From an uncultured archaeon (lineage in GTDB: Archaea; Nanobdellota; Nanobdellia; Woesearchaeales; CAIVOO01): DNA of 64,000 nt. A model generated the notes under the pieces. It had not been told where the DNA came from. It was given only the letters and a program-made list of their open reading frames with translations, and ran no database searches. Positions 37,295 through 46,999 of this stretch are shown here, piece after piece. The translations under genes and the position numbers were made by a program. The stretch is taken from positions 14,897 to 78,896 of the forward strand of contig CAIMOB010000014.1 in the NCBI GenBank assembly GCA_903842985.1, given 5' to 3'. The stretch's first letter is position 1. The number at the start of each line of letters is the position of its first letter.

Positions 37295-38218
37295 TTAGAA
37301 TTTAATTTTGCGGGTTTTTAAATCTTTCGTCATCAGCAGCACAACCCTGCTTTCTTTTTTCTCGTCAAAAATTTTATAGCCGCAGTGTTTTCCGATTTTT
37401 TTTGCGAATTCTTTTACTTCATTGTGCAATGGCATGTTTTTTATGTTTAATCTTTTCTGCGATGCGCCCACCCACATGTAGGATTTAACCTCGACAAAGT
37501 CAGGCGCTGCAATTTTTATTAATTTGGCATAGTTCTCCGGCTCAATCATGTTTAGGTTTTTAATCAGCGTAATCCTCAATGTTCTCCTTGTTTTCAGCCC
37601 CTTCATCACCTTCAGGCTTTTCAGCAGCCTTTTCCAGCAGTCCTTAAAGACAGGCGCGCAGATTTTTTTGTATAATTTTTTATTCGGCGCATTGATTGAA
37701 ATGTAAAGCTGTGTAGGATTAAGCCCTTTCAGCTTGTTTGGGAACATTCCGTTTGTCACAACAAAAGAGGTCATTCCTCTTTTGTTAATCTCTTTTATCA
37801 GCTCTTTTAATTTTGAATAGACTGTCGGCTCCCCGCTCAATGAAATCGCGAAATGCATTGGCTTCTTGCTTTCTGCCAGCTTTTTCTTGTCTGATTTGTC
37901 TGTTCCGCCGAAGCCGGCAAGCTTCCAGACCTGCGCCTCGATGCATTTGTCAACAATTTTCTTCGGGCTGTCCTCTTTCTTGATTTTGATGCCGTAGTTG
38001 TACTCAAGTGGGCGCCAGCAGAAGATGCAGGAATTTGAGCAGTAATTCAATGCAGGCGTCATCTGAATGCATCTGTGGGAATTGATGCCGTAGAACTTCT
38101 GCTTGTAGCAGAATCCTTCATTCCTCATTGACTGCTTTGTCCATTCACAGATTTTGACAGCAGAATGCCTGCCCACAAGCTCGTAATGCTGTCTCTCAAG
38201 CAGTTTTTTGAGGTTCAT
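37295..38218 (-). CDS. radical SAM enzyme, tRNA 4-demethylwyosine synthase (Taw1/TYW1)-like
   Basis: CSNSCIFCWRP (CxxxCxxC radical-SAM cluster motif in the Taw1 context). 307 aa. Confidence 0.6.
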   Translation of the reverse strand: MNLKKLLERQHYELVGRHSAVKICEWTKQSMRNEGFCYKQKFYGINSHRCIQMTPALNYCSNSCIFCWRPLEYNYGIKIKKEDSPKKIVDKCIEAQVWKLAGFGGTDKSDKKKLAESKKPMHFAISLSGEPTVYSKLKELIKEINKRGMTSFVVTNGMFPNKLKGLNPTQLYISINAPNKKLYKKICAPVFKDCWKRLLKSLKVMKGLKTRRTLRITLIKNLNMIEPENYAKLIKIAAPDFVEVKSYMWVGASQKRLNIKNMPLHNEVKEFAKKIGKHCGYKIFDEKKESRVVLLMTKDLKTRKIKF

Positions 38219-38270
38219 AGTTTATTAACTAAAAGATAGGTTTAAATATTTTTCTGCCTTTCTCTTTTGT

Positions 38271-38678
38271 ATGTCAATTGACGAAATAGCAAAATTAACT
38301 ACCATTAAACTGCCTGAGCCATTGGAGCTAAAGGAAGCAGAAGAATTAATCAATTATATTGCAAAAAACATGCCTGCAAATATATCTTATAGTGTATTAG
38401 AACATACGCAGTTGTATCACGAACGAGAAACCAAAGGGATTTCAAGTCAGAAAGGATCAATAAGCATCAACGGGCATATAGCCGACCTTCTCGAAGCAGG
38501 GGCTTTTGACACATTTTACTCTGAATCTTCATTTTTTGATGACATTCCTAAGTTAACTGCAATAAAATTCATGCAGGTTCCTGGCTGGGAAATAGAGGAT
38601 TATAGGCCAGAGAACAGAAGAATCTGGGCCAGTGTAAGGACAGCTGTGGTAAAATATTTTTCTGAAAAGAAGAGATAA
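38271..38678 (+). CDS. hypothetical protein
   Basis: A 135-aa ORF. Confidence 0.4.
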   Translation: MSIDEIAKLTTIKLPEPLELKEAEELINYIAKNMPANISYSVLEHTQLYHERETKGISSQKGSISINGHIADLLEAGAFDTFYSESSFFDDIPKLTAIKFMQVPGWEIEDYRPENRRIWASVRTAVVKYFSEKKR

Positions 38679-39602
38679 TCAGACAAACTCCTCTTCCAAG
38701 TCAGAGTCAATGAAGTGGCCGAAATCATACGCTTTCCTGAAAGCCAGCATCACAACCCTGATTTTCTTGTCGTCGTACCTCGGCCTCAGCTTTTTGATTA
38801 TGCCATACATGATTTCGTCGTCTTTCATAATCGCTTCCATCTTTTCAATTGCTTCGGAAACATCCTCTTCCTTCGGAAGCGGCGCGCCAGCCAGCTGTGC
38901 AAGTTCGCTGTAGATGTCTTTCGCAAGCGCACTGTACCTGCGCCTTGTTTCGTCCTGCTGCATCTGTTTTGCCATCTGCTTGGCGAATATTTCTTCATCT
39001 GTTTCAATCGCTTCCTTAAGCTCCTCTTCCAGCAGTATGGCCCTTACAAGATTTGAAATTTTTTGGTGGTTGGATGTATCGTAGAAATACTGCTCCTGGA
39101 AATTCTTGTAGAGCAGGGCTTCATTGAATAATATGAGATTGAAAAGCGCCAGCAAAAGCTCCTTTGCATTTGAAGGCTTCATTTTTATTTTTCTTATCAA
39201 ATGCAGCTCTGCCTCGAGAACATCATGGATTTCATGAAAAATGCCGAGCAGCTTTTCCTGCGTGATGATTTCAGTTTTCCATTTCTCGCTGATTGCGCGG
39301 ATTTCGTCCCTTGTCTTGAGCTTTTTTATGTCATTGAATATTTCTTTGTCAAGCTTCTCTTCCTCTCCTATGCTTATTATCTCTGATGAGACCAATGATT
39401 CTACCTGCTCCAGCGTTTTAATGGTAGAATTCCAATTTGACACTGCTTCATCAACATTCTTGAAATTGAACAGCTTGGACAATTCCTCTTTCCTGGTGAA
39501 ATCAGACAGGTGCTTGTTCCATAAAGGAATGCGCTTGTTCTTGGCAACAATAAATCCCCTTGCAGCGCCCTCCTTTCTCCTGATATGGTTTAGCAGACCC
39601 AT
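38679..39602 (-). CDS. hypothetical protein (helical)
   Basis: A 307-aa ORF. Confidence 0.45.
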   Translation of the reverse strand: MGLLNHIRRKEGAARGFIVAKNKRIPLWNKHLSDFTRKEELSKLFNFKNVDEAVSNWNSTIKTLEQVESLVSSEIISIGEEEKLDKEIFNDIKKLKTRDEIRAISEKWKTEIITQEKLLGIFHEIHDVLEAELHLIRKIKMKPSNAKELLLALFNLILFNEALLYKNFQEQYFYDTSNHQKISNLVRAILLEEELKEAIETDEEIFAKQMAKQMQQDETRRRYSALAKDIYSELAQLAGAPLPKEEDVSEAIEKMEAIMKDDEIMYGIIKKLRPRYDDKKIRVVMLAFRKAYDFGHFIDSDLEEEFV

Positions 39603-39702
39603 ATTCTAACGTAACAGAATGTAATTAATAAATATTTGGGTTTATAGTTTTGATTCAACGCAACATTTTTAAACTCCCTTATTCTTATACATAAAAACGA
39701 GG

Positions 39703-40149
39703 TTGAAAATGGCATTCAAATTAAGGGAAACAGACAGGCACTTTCTTCTGTCATTAGTTGCTGCAACAGGAGTCATTCTTTTTTGGAAGGGGCTTTGGGA
39801 TGGTGTTGGCTCTTTGTGGATACTTCAAAGCCCATGGGTTGACCTCTTTGTTGGGCTTGCGATACTTACATTCTCAGGGCTGATATTCGCGCAGTTTGAT
39901 CCTTTAGGAGGCATAGAAGGGGGAGTAATGAGCGCTGTTCAGAAAATTGCAGTCCATCCGAGGAAACACGAATTTATCATAAAATATTATGATAATATAC
40001 AGAAGAAAGACATAGAGATAAGCGCCAAAAACATAAGGCAGATAGAAAAGAACATTCTGTCGCTGCACGAGAAAGGAAAGGAAATATTCATACCTCTGCA
40101 CAGGGTCAAGTCAATCCACAGATTTGGAAAAACAATTTGGAGGCTGTGA
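39703..40149 (+). CDS. membrane-anchored protein with UPF0248/DUF504-like C-terminal domain
   Basis: N-terminal transmembrane helices. The C-terminal ...IPLHRVKSIHRFGKTIWRL resembles the small archaeal UPF0248 family. Confidence 0.4.
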   Translation: MKMAFKLRETDRHFLLSLVAATGVILFWKGLWDGVGSLWILQSPWVDLFVGLAILTFSGLIFAQFDPLGGIEGGVMSAVQKIAVHPRKHEFIIKYYDNIQKKDIEISAKNIRQIEKNILSLHEKGKEIFIPLHRVKSIHRFGKTIWRL

Positions 40150-40191
40150 TTTTTCAAAACTTTTTTAAATCCATCTCTTTTTTCATTCTAA

Positions 40192-40677
40192 ATGCTCAAA
40201 GAACAAATAGAAAGTGTAGAGAAGAGTCCAGAGTTCAAGAAGCACAAGAATCTTTACCTGGCGCACGTCTTCTTCATGCTGGATGAACCGAATAAGGATA
40301 TTGTGCAGGTAGGCTACTGCACGCCCGAGCAGAAAATAGTCACATTTGTGATAGACGGGAAAAAAATCACAGCAATCCCCGAGGCAATGCCATACAAAAA
40401 CCCGAAGGCAAAAATAAGGAAGCTTGAGATGTCAAATGTGAAAGTCGGGCTTGACGATGCGCTGAAAGCGGCAAAAGAAATTCAGGAGAAGAAGTACAGG
40501 CAGCACGTTCCTTTCAAGCAGATAATCATCCTGCAGAACATTGACGAGGGGCAGGTTTGGAATATTACCTTCATAACTCAGTCATTCAATACACTTAACA
40601 TCAAAATCAGCACAGAAACAGGGAAAGTCGTTAAAGATGAGCTTATATCTTTGGTTGATTTTGACCATTCTTCTTAG
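40192..40677 (+). CDS. hypothetical protein
   Basis: A 161-aa ORF. Confidence 0.4.
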   Translation: MLKEQIESVEKSPEFKKHKNLYLAHVFFMLDEPNKDIVQVGYCTPEQKIVTFVIDGKKITAIPEAMPYKNPKAKIRKLEMSNVKVGLDDALKAAKEIQEKKYRQHVPFKQIIILQNIDEGQVWNITFITQSFNTLNIKISTETGKVVKDELISLVDFDHSS

Positions 40678-41389
40678 AAATCAAATGCAGAATTATTCCT
40701 ACGGCAGCCAGCACAGCTCCGCTAATGAGAAGCTTCAGGAAAATTGATGTGAACGAGCTGAATATTATCTCAGACACCTGTTCAGGGACGTCTCCCATCT
40801 GCGTCTTGAAATAGTTCAGGAAGAAATAATTCAATCCAACAATAACCATGCAGATGCCCGGGTTAATTAGCTTTGACCATCTTCTTGAGGAGATTACGAG
40901 GATAGCCAAAGACATGACAATGCCGGCAAGAAGATAGCACGCAAGCCTAAAATAGAAATCATGCGCTTTTTTTGAAATCAGAAGGAAAAATTTTTCCTGA
41001 CCTTCTGCCTTGTTAAGGCAGTTCATGAAATTGCAGTTGTATACCTTGTAATAAATATTTTCAAACATCGCAACTCCGACAAGCGAAGGCAGTTCAGAAG
41101 CATTTGTTTCCTTTACCTTGGCGCAGTCAATAACTATCTCCTGGTTTTCAAGCGGAAACTCCACTCTGTTAACCAATTTGCATGAGATAAGAAGTGCTGA
41201 CCTGATAAGCGCCAGCTGGTCTGCACTAACCTTGTCGCCCATCTGCTCTTTTACCACATCAGCAAAGAACGGAGCCAGATGGTCATAGTCAGTGAACTTG
41301 TAAAGCCCGTATGGGATGACAGCAAGCGCTAGAAAAATGCAGAAAAATATACATCCGAGATATTTTCCAACGCCTCTTAGTGCGCTCAT
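40643..41389 (-). CDS. hypothetical membrane protein
   Basis: 248 aa with several hydrophobic helices. Confidence 0.45.
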   Translation of the reverse strand: MSALRGVGKYLGCIFFCIFLALAVIPYGLYKFTDYDHLAPFFADVVKEQMGDKVSADQLALIRSALLISCKLVNRVEFPLENQEIVIDCAKVKETNASELPSLVGVAMFENIYYKVYNCNFMNCLNKAEGQEKFFLLISKKAHDFYFRLACYLLAGIVMSLAILVISSRRWSKLINPGICMVIVGLNYFFLNYFKTQMGDVPEQVSEIIFSSFTSIFLKLLISGAVLAAVGIILHLISKKNGQNQPKI

Positions 41390-41598
41390 TTAACATGGAT
41401 GCAGTGCACAGGGCAGACAGCTTCAGCTTCCTTGCAGCAGCCCGCGTCTTTCAGTTCAAGCTCGAAGTTCTCGCCTTTCTGGACCGCGCCCTTCAGCATG
41501 GACTTGCCGTCGTCACCCATCTCAAAAAAGTCAGAGCAGACTCCTGTGCAGGCGCCGCAGCCTATGCATTTCTCTCTTTCGTGTATCACTTTTGCCAT
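41386..41598 (-). CDS. small ferredoxin-like iron-sulfur protein
   Basis: CIGCGACTGVC ... CCKEAEAVCP Cys clusters. Confidence 0.55.
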   Translation of the reverse strand: MAKVIHEREKCIGCGACTGVCSDFFEMGDDGKSMLKGAVQKGENFELELKDAGCCKEAEAVCPVHCIHVK

Positions 41599-42293
41599 TA
41601 GGCTCCTCTTATCCTAACATCTTTTATAAATCTTTTCAGGATTTCAGCAAGCTCCTGCAACTCCTCAAGAGTGTAGGATTTAGCGTCCCTTAATTTTTTG
41701 TCCATGGCGTTCTCCGGCCTGAACCGCTGCAGGCACACCTTCTTTGCGCCCTTCAGCAGCTGACTGATTTTTTCAATTGTTTCGCTGTTGACGAATTTTG
41801 GCACAGCAGTTATCCTGAATTCATATTGAATCTTCCCATTCATCAGGAAACTGGCGCTTTCCCTTAATTTTTTAATGTCAACATCGGCATTTGTTATCTT
41901 GGGATAATCCTCAAAAAGACCTTTTATGTCCATTGCAATGTAATCAACAAGGTTTTCCTCTGCAAGTTTTTTCAGAACGCCGGGAAATGAGCCGTTTGTG
42001 TCAACTTTTACAAAGAGCCCGAGCTTCTTGAATTTTCTGCAAAGCTCCGCAAGCTCAGGATGCATGCATGGCTCTCCGCCCGTGATTACAACAGCGTCAA
42101 CAAAATCAGAATGGCTCTTCAGGTACTCTTCGATTTTCTCTAACCTGACTGTCTCAAGCGTCTCCGGCTCAAGCACAAGCTTCTGGTTGAAGCAGAAGCC
42201 GCACCTGAAGTTGCAGTTAGGCAGGAATACGACAGCGCTTATTTTCCCGTCGTAATCTACAAGAGAATTTTCAATGAAGCCCTTTATTTCCAT
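41598..42293 (-). CDS. nrdG: anaerobic ribonucleoside-triphosphate reductase activating protein (radical SAM)
   Basis: PNCNFRCGFCFN (CxxxCxxC). It sits in the nrdD operon. Confidence 0.75.
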   Translation of the reverse strand: MEIKGFIENSLVDYDGKISAVVFLPNCNFRCGFCFNQKLVLEPETLETVRLEKIEEYLKSHSDFVDAVVITGGEPCMHPELAELCRKFKKLGLFVKVDTNGSFPGVLKKLAEENLVDYIAMDIKGLFEDYPKITNADVDIKKLRESASFLMNGKIQYEFRITAVPKFVNSETIEKISQLLKGAKKVCLQRFRPENAMDKKLRDAKSYTLEELQELAEILKRFIKDVRIRGA

Positions 42294-42540
42294 TATTCAG
42301 TACGACCAAGATGTCTTCCTTTTTCGGCACTTCACCCCTGAAGCCCATCACTTCGTGCTCGTCATTCACAATTATTATTGACGGAGTGCTCATCACAGTG
42401 TAAAAGCTTGCCTCTGCAAGCCCGTCCCTTTCCTCAATATCAAAATATTCAATGGGGCACTGGTCCTTCAGGTCATCGCAGAGTACCTTTGCAGCAGGGC
42501 ATTTTGGGCAGTTTTTTTTCGTGAACAGCTTTATTTTCAT
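42271..42540 (-). CDS. glutaredoxin-like small redox protein
   Basis: The CPKCP active-site motif near the N-terminus. 89 aa. Confidence 0.6.
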   Translation of the reverse strand: MKIKLFTKKNCPKCPAAKVLCDDLKDQCPIEYFDIEERDGLAEASFYTVMSTPSIIIVNDEHEVMGFRGEVPKKEDILVVLNNGNKGLH

Positions 42541-44621
42541 GTGAAAAACCCCTGGTTCCTGTACCTGTCCTTCAGCTCAGCTATCTTTCCCTGGTTCCAG
42601 CCGCTTGTCTTTGAGAAATAACCGGTAACCCTTGTGATGCCGTCGACATTTACGGAGCCGCAGTAGCTGCATTTTTCCTTTATCCCTCTTGCTGTCCTGC
42701 CGCAGTCAAGGCAGTTCGTGAACTCGGGGCTGAATGCTATCTGCGAATTCTGCGTATTCTTGAATGACTTTACAACAAAATTTGCAATTGATTCTGTGCT
42801 TGGCCTGGATTCGCCAAGCCAAATGTGCGATATTGCGCCTGCTTCTATGAGCGGATGGAACAGCCCCTCATCCCTGACCCTGTCAATTGGGTTTATCGGC
42901 TCTGAGATGTTAAGCAGCGTCGAATTTGTGTAGTAAATGCTGTTTGTGCTTATGTCCCCCTTGATTACCTGGCTTGTCTGCAGTGCATAGCTTTTGTAGT
43001 CAAGCTTTGCCATCCTGTATGCAGTTGATTCAGCAGGGGTCTGTTCAAGCACGAACTTGAGCCCAAACTCATCTTTCAGCTTCTCGCATTCCCTGTTCAT
43101 GTGCGCTATAACTTTCAGGCCGAACTTCATCGCCTTGACTGACTGATGAAGCTCTTCGCCTGTCATGTACTGCACAAGTTCGTTCAGGCCCAGCATCCCA
43201 ATCAGGAATGTTGCCCTGTTCAGCCTGTAATAAGGCTCGCCGTCAAGCTCCATTGCAAGAAGATTAAGCGGGCCTTTGCTGCCCAGGTTAAGGATAGAGG
43301 CAATAAATTTCTTTTTCTGCTGATGCGCTTTTGCAACAAGCTTCATCCTGTCTGTGATAATCTCAAACATCCTTGTCTCATCCCTTGATGATTCATAGCC
43401 TATTCTTGGAAGGTTTATTGTGACGTTCTGCATTGCGCTGTATCTCATTTTCCACGGCTGCTTTGCATCCTCCAGGTCAGACGCCTCCAGCTTGAATGCG
43501 AGCCTGCAGCACTCGCTTATCTTTGCAGTGTCGCCTCTGTCCATGACAAAATAGCTGTTTCCCTTCACAGCCGCGACCTCGCATATCTTGTTCAGAATTT
43601 CCTCATTTCCGTCTGTCTTGAAGAATTTGTCTGTGATGTGGATGTCCGGCTTCGGGAAAAAGAACGGCCTTCCTGTCTTGTCTCCTTCAAGGTAGACATC
43701 CATCAGCGTGCTCATGAACCGCTGTGATTCATCAATGTAATCAGAATATGTATTCCCGGTGTAAACGCCGCCGGGGCCTATTGCCTTTACATCTGCAAAG
43801 TGCTTCGGAATCTCCCAGTAAAGGTTTATGTCAGAAAATATTGACTGCCCCCCTCTTGCAACTGCCTGCTGGGCAAACTCAAAAATAAGATTCTGCGAAA
43901 GCTGCTTCAGCTCACTGTCGCCGATGCCTTTAAGGTAAGGCGCGACAAAAATATTCAGGGCGTCCCAGCCGATTGCACCTGCAAAGCTTCCCTGCAGGCA
44001 TGCGCTCATCTTTAGCAGATGCCCAAGCAGTACAAAAGGATGTTTTGCAGGGCCTGCAATTGAGATTGCATTAGGAAGGTTAAGCCCGAATTTCTTGACG
44101 TATTCTATCGAGTTGCCTGAGCAGTAAGGCCTGTCAATCATGCCGAGGTCGTGGAGATGAATCTGCCCCAGCATGTGCGCCTCTGCAACATCCAGCGAGA
44201 AAACATTAAGCAATGCATATTCCTGCTTTATCCCCTCTGCCAGCGTCATGTTCGTGGCTTCTGGCCCGTGCGGGACATTCGCGTTTGCCTTGTTCTGCGC
44301 AGTTATTATGTTTTCAACGTCGTAAACAGGAAATCCCAGCCTTGAGTGCTTTCTTCTTACGTCTTCAAACCCGTATTCGAAAAGCTTTGCGTTTGTCAGC
44401 TCCCTGATCAAGGGCGCAGTGATGTTTCTTATCTTTGTGTTGGCAATCATATTCTCGACTTCTTTGGCAATTATGTGCGCAATCCTCGGGTCTATGCCTG
44501 TCTCCCTCACAAGCGCATCAACAATCCTCTGCGGGTCCCATTTCAGGATGCGCTGGTCAGAAGTCTGTACAAAAAGAATAGAGTCTGTGCTTTCTTTCTT
44601 TGTCGTTATCTGTTCCATCAT
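42537..44621 (-). CDS. nrdD: anaerobic ribonucleoside-triphosphate reductase (class III RNR)
   Basis: C-terminal zinc ribbon CLDCGRTARGIKEKCSYCGS, then the glycyl-radical motif RVTGYFS. Confidence 0.85.
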   Translation of the reverse strand: MMEQITTKKESTDSILFVQTSDQRILKWDPQRIVDALVRETGIDPRIAHIIAKEVENMIANTKIRNITAPLIRELTNAKLFEYGFEDVRRKHSRLGFPVYDVENIITAQNKANANVPHGPEATNMTLAEGIKQEYALLNVFSLDVAEAHMLGQIHLHDLGMIDRPYCSGNSIEYVKKFGLNLPNAISIAGPAKHPFVLLGHLLKMSACLQGSFAGAIGWDALNIFVAPYLKGIGDSELKQLSQNLIFEFAQQAVARGGQSIFSDINLYWEIPKHFADVKAIGPGGVYTGNTYSDYIDESQRFMSTLMDVYLEGDKTGRPFFFPKPDIHITDKFFKTDGNEEILNKICEVAAVKGNSYFVMDRGDTAKISECCRLAFKLEASDLEDAKQPWKMRYSAMQNVTINLPRIGYESSRDETRMFEIITDRMKLVAKAHQQKKKFIASILNLGSKGPLNLLAMELDGEPYYRLNRATFLIGMLGLNELVQYMTGEELHQSVKAMKFGLKVIAHMNRECEKLKDEFGLKFVLEQTPAESTAYRMAKLDYKSYALQTSQVIKGDISTNSIYYTNSTLLNISEPINPIDRVRDEGLFHPLIEAGAISHIWLGESRPSTESIANFVVKSFKNTQNSQIAFSPEFTNCLDCGRTARGIKEKCSYCGSVNVDGITRVTGYFSKTSGWNQGKIAELKDRYRNQGFFT

Positions 44622-44637
44622 AAAACACCTCTTAATT

Positions 44638-45081
44638 TTATTTTTTTAATAATTTAATTTCCTGCTCAAATTCCTTTGGATTGTCAAATGACTTGCAGAC
44701 AGAAGCGAAGCGCATGTAGGCAACCTGGTCAAGCGCCATGAGCTTTTTCATGACCATGTCCCCGATTATGCTGCTTTTTATTTCCGTGCCTTTCCTTTTC
44801 CTTATGCTCGCTTCGATGCAGTCAGCAATCAGATTTATCTTTTCAGCTGTCACAGGCCTTTTTTCGCAGGCAAGCTGCATGCCCTTGATTATTTTCTCCC
44901 TGCTGTAGGGCTCTTTCGCGCCATCGCGCTTCATTACGCAGATGTCGAGCCACTTCACCCTTTCCTGCGTTGTGAATCTTTTTGCGCAGCTCAGGCACTC
45001 CCTCCTGCGCCTTATCTCATTCTCGGAATTTCTCTTGTCGACGACCTTTGTTTCGCTTTTTCGGCAGTAGGGGCATTGCAT
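44638..45081 (-). CDS. nrdR: transcriptional repressor NrdR (Zn ribbon plus ATP-cone)
   Basis: MQCPYCRKSETKVVDKRNSENEIRRRRECLSCAKRFTTQERV is the NrdR N-terminus. I trimmed the start to the Met of MQCPYC. Confidence 0.85.
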   Translation of the reverse strand: MQCPYCRKSETKVVDKRNSENEIRRRRECLSCAKRFTTQERVKWLDICVMKRDGAKEPYSREKIIKGMQLACEKRPVTAEKINLIADCIEASIRKRKGTEIKSSIIGDMVMKKLMALDQVAYMRFASVCKSFDNPKEFEQEIKLLKK

Positions 45082-45087
45082 CTTAAA

Positions 45088-45135
45088 CCACAATATCTTG
45101 TGGTTGTTTTCGTTGAAATACACAAGATATAGTTA
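45088..45135. promoter_or_regulatory. two NrdR-box-like 16-bp elements (CCACAATATCTTGTGG and ACACAAGATATAGTTA), centres 32 bp apart, directly upstream of nrdR
   Basis: The first element is dyad-symmetric (CCACAA/TTGTGG arms). Both approximate the bacterial NrdR-box consensus acaCwAtATaTwGTgt, and the spacing matches the tandem-box arrangement. Confidence 0.5.
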
Positions 45136-45468
45136 TATTAAGTAATAACCTCCCCTATTTAAACATTTATATTTTTTAAAATATCTAGTGCAAAATATAT
45201 GATAGAAAAAGCCACCATACACAAGTAAAAAAAATTTAAATCAACATTATTTTTATTATAGTTATAGCATACACTCTTCAAAATATACTTTTAAGCTTAA
45301 TGATGCTTAAATACTAACTTGAATTACAGCCAATAGATGGCTTTAATGACAAAAAGAGAGGCGGCAGTTGGCAACAAGCCAAAGGACATAAGCTACGAGA
45401 CAATAAAGAACAACAAATCTCTTTCTGAGTTTCTTGAAGAAAAGCAGGAATAAGTCTCAATAGAGAAA

Positions 45469-46098
45469 TTAATGTATCAATCCGACATAGGTCTTTATCT
45501 GGCTGTGAACATCTTCAACAGACTGCATTCCATCAGCATAAAGAATGTTTTCATCTTCCCAGTCGCATCTCAGCCCGCCATAGTTCTTGGCAACCTTTTC
45601 AAGGAATTCGCGCTTTTTTTCAAACATGTCAGCAGTAATATTTCTTCCTGCGCTTTCGCGCCTTCTCATTGACTCTTCAACTGTTATCTGCATTATTACA
45701 ACTAGATCAGGCAAAAGGAGACCTTTGTGGGCTTCGATTATTCTGTTCTCGTTAATTCCCTGCGCAGCCTGGTAGCAGCGGGTTGCGTATTTTCCCCTGT
45801 CCTGTATGACAGAAATTCCTTCATTTAATTTTGGAATAACCCTTTTTTCAGTGTTTACTTTTCTGTCTTTGAGATAAAGGTCAAAGCACAATTCAGCGCT
45901 CTTGTAAATGTCATTTTCTGTTTCAAGAATTTCATATATTCTTTTTCCGTATTCACCCTCGCGGTCAGGCTCCTTCAGGCAAACAACCCTGTGCCCGATG
46001 GATTTAAGGTACGACTCGAGAAGACGAACCTGCGTGCTTTTCCCGCAATAGTCTATTCCGTCGAGGATGATGTAAAGCGGTCGTGGAGTCATTTTCAA
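45469..46098 (-). CDS. tmk: thymidylate (dTMP) kinase
   Basis: P-loop LDGIDYCGKSTQ (GxDGxGKST type) plus LID-like basic residues. Confidence 0.75.
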   Translation of the reverse strand: MKMTPRPLYIILDGIDYCGKSTQVRLLESYLKSIGHRVVCLKEPDREGEYGKRIYEILETENDIYKSAELCFDLYLKDRKVNTEKRVIPKLNEGISVIQDRGKYATRCYQAAQGINENRIIEAHKGLLLPDLVVIMQITVEESMRRRESAGRNITADMFEKKREFLEKVAKNYGGLRCDWEDENILYADGMQSVEDVHSQIKTYVGLIH

Positions 46099-46868
46099 TG
46101 CATTGTCAGCAGCCTGGCTTCAAGCTCCGGATTGTTGTTGCTTCTTTTAAGAACGCTCTCACTGAATTCCTTCCAGTCCATTTTTGTTGTCGCGACAGCA
46201 GTTGTCCAGGTGGGGTCGTAGAGGTGCAGGCCTTTGCTTGATGCAGCCAATCTCCCGTTTTTAACACCAATCTCATTGGCCATATACTGCTTTAGAAGTT
46301 CAAGTCCTCCAAGATTCACAGGGAATCCGCCCCACAAATCCCAGGACCTGAAGTAGACAAAAAAATGCAACGCACCATCTTTGACTCTTGTATCAATCAT
46401 CCTCAGACACGGAGGGTCAGGAAGCAGGATGTCACTTGGTATTCCAACTTCCATTGTTGCCTGGTTTGTTCCAAATCCGCTGTTTCTATACATGTTAATA
46501 ACATTCTGAACTTGATTGACACCATTCCAATTTACAAGCCTTTGGCCATATGTGTACTGTTCATTTTCCTTCTTTATGTCGCTGAACAGGTAATTTGAAA
46601 AATATTCGTCTATGTCAGCCTTGTCTGTTGGAGGAGGAAGAGTTGAGTTTTCAGGTATGGTGGCCACCATGTCCTGATCAGGATGTTTTATGTAAATATA
46701 CACTGGAGGGAATAATATTTCCAGCCTAAACTGGTCTTTGAAACTGCCCCGCGTCACTTTGTAAGTGCTGCCATTCTTCAGAATTCCATGCAGGCACTGG
46801 TGCCATGCGTCATTTATTGTTGTTGCGTTGACAATCAGTTCATCATCATCAATTTCTATTTTTTTCAT
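46095..46868 (-). CDS. thyA: thymidylate synthase, archaeal ThyA type
   Basis: PPCL...FFVYFRSWDLWGGFPVNLGG resembles the ThyA active-site Cys and the RS.D...G.PFN region. The start is uncertain (MKKIEID). Confidence 0.6.
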   Translation of the reverse strand: MKKIEIDDDELIVNATTINDAWHQCLHGILKNGSTYKVTRGSFKDQFRLEILFPPVYIYIKHPDQDMVATIPENSTLPPPTDKADIDEYFSNYLFSDIKKENEQYTYGQRLVNWNGVNQVQNVINMYRNSGFGTNQATMEVGIPSDILLPDPPCLRMIDTRVKDGALHFFVYFRSWDLWGGFPVNLGGLELLKQYMANEIGVKNGRLAASSKGLHLYDPTWTTAVATTKMDWKEFSESVLKRSNNNPELEARLLTMH

Positions 46869-46999
46869 CCAAAACACCACCCAATCTGCACTGGAATTTT
46901 TAATCCAATTATTTAAGCATTTATATCCTGCAGAATAACTATTTTAAAATAGTAAAACATAAATACAGAGTTAAAATAAGATTTTATTGGGGTGTTTAG

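Noticed and set aside
45337-45453. 38-aa plus-strand ORF in the nrdR-tmk intergenic region
   Set aside because: It is too short and sits in AT-rich promoter DNA. There is no support beyond an open frame.
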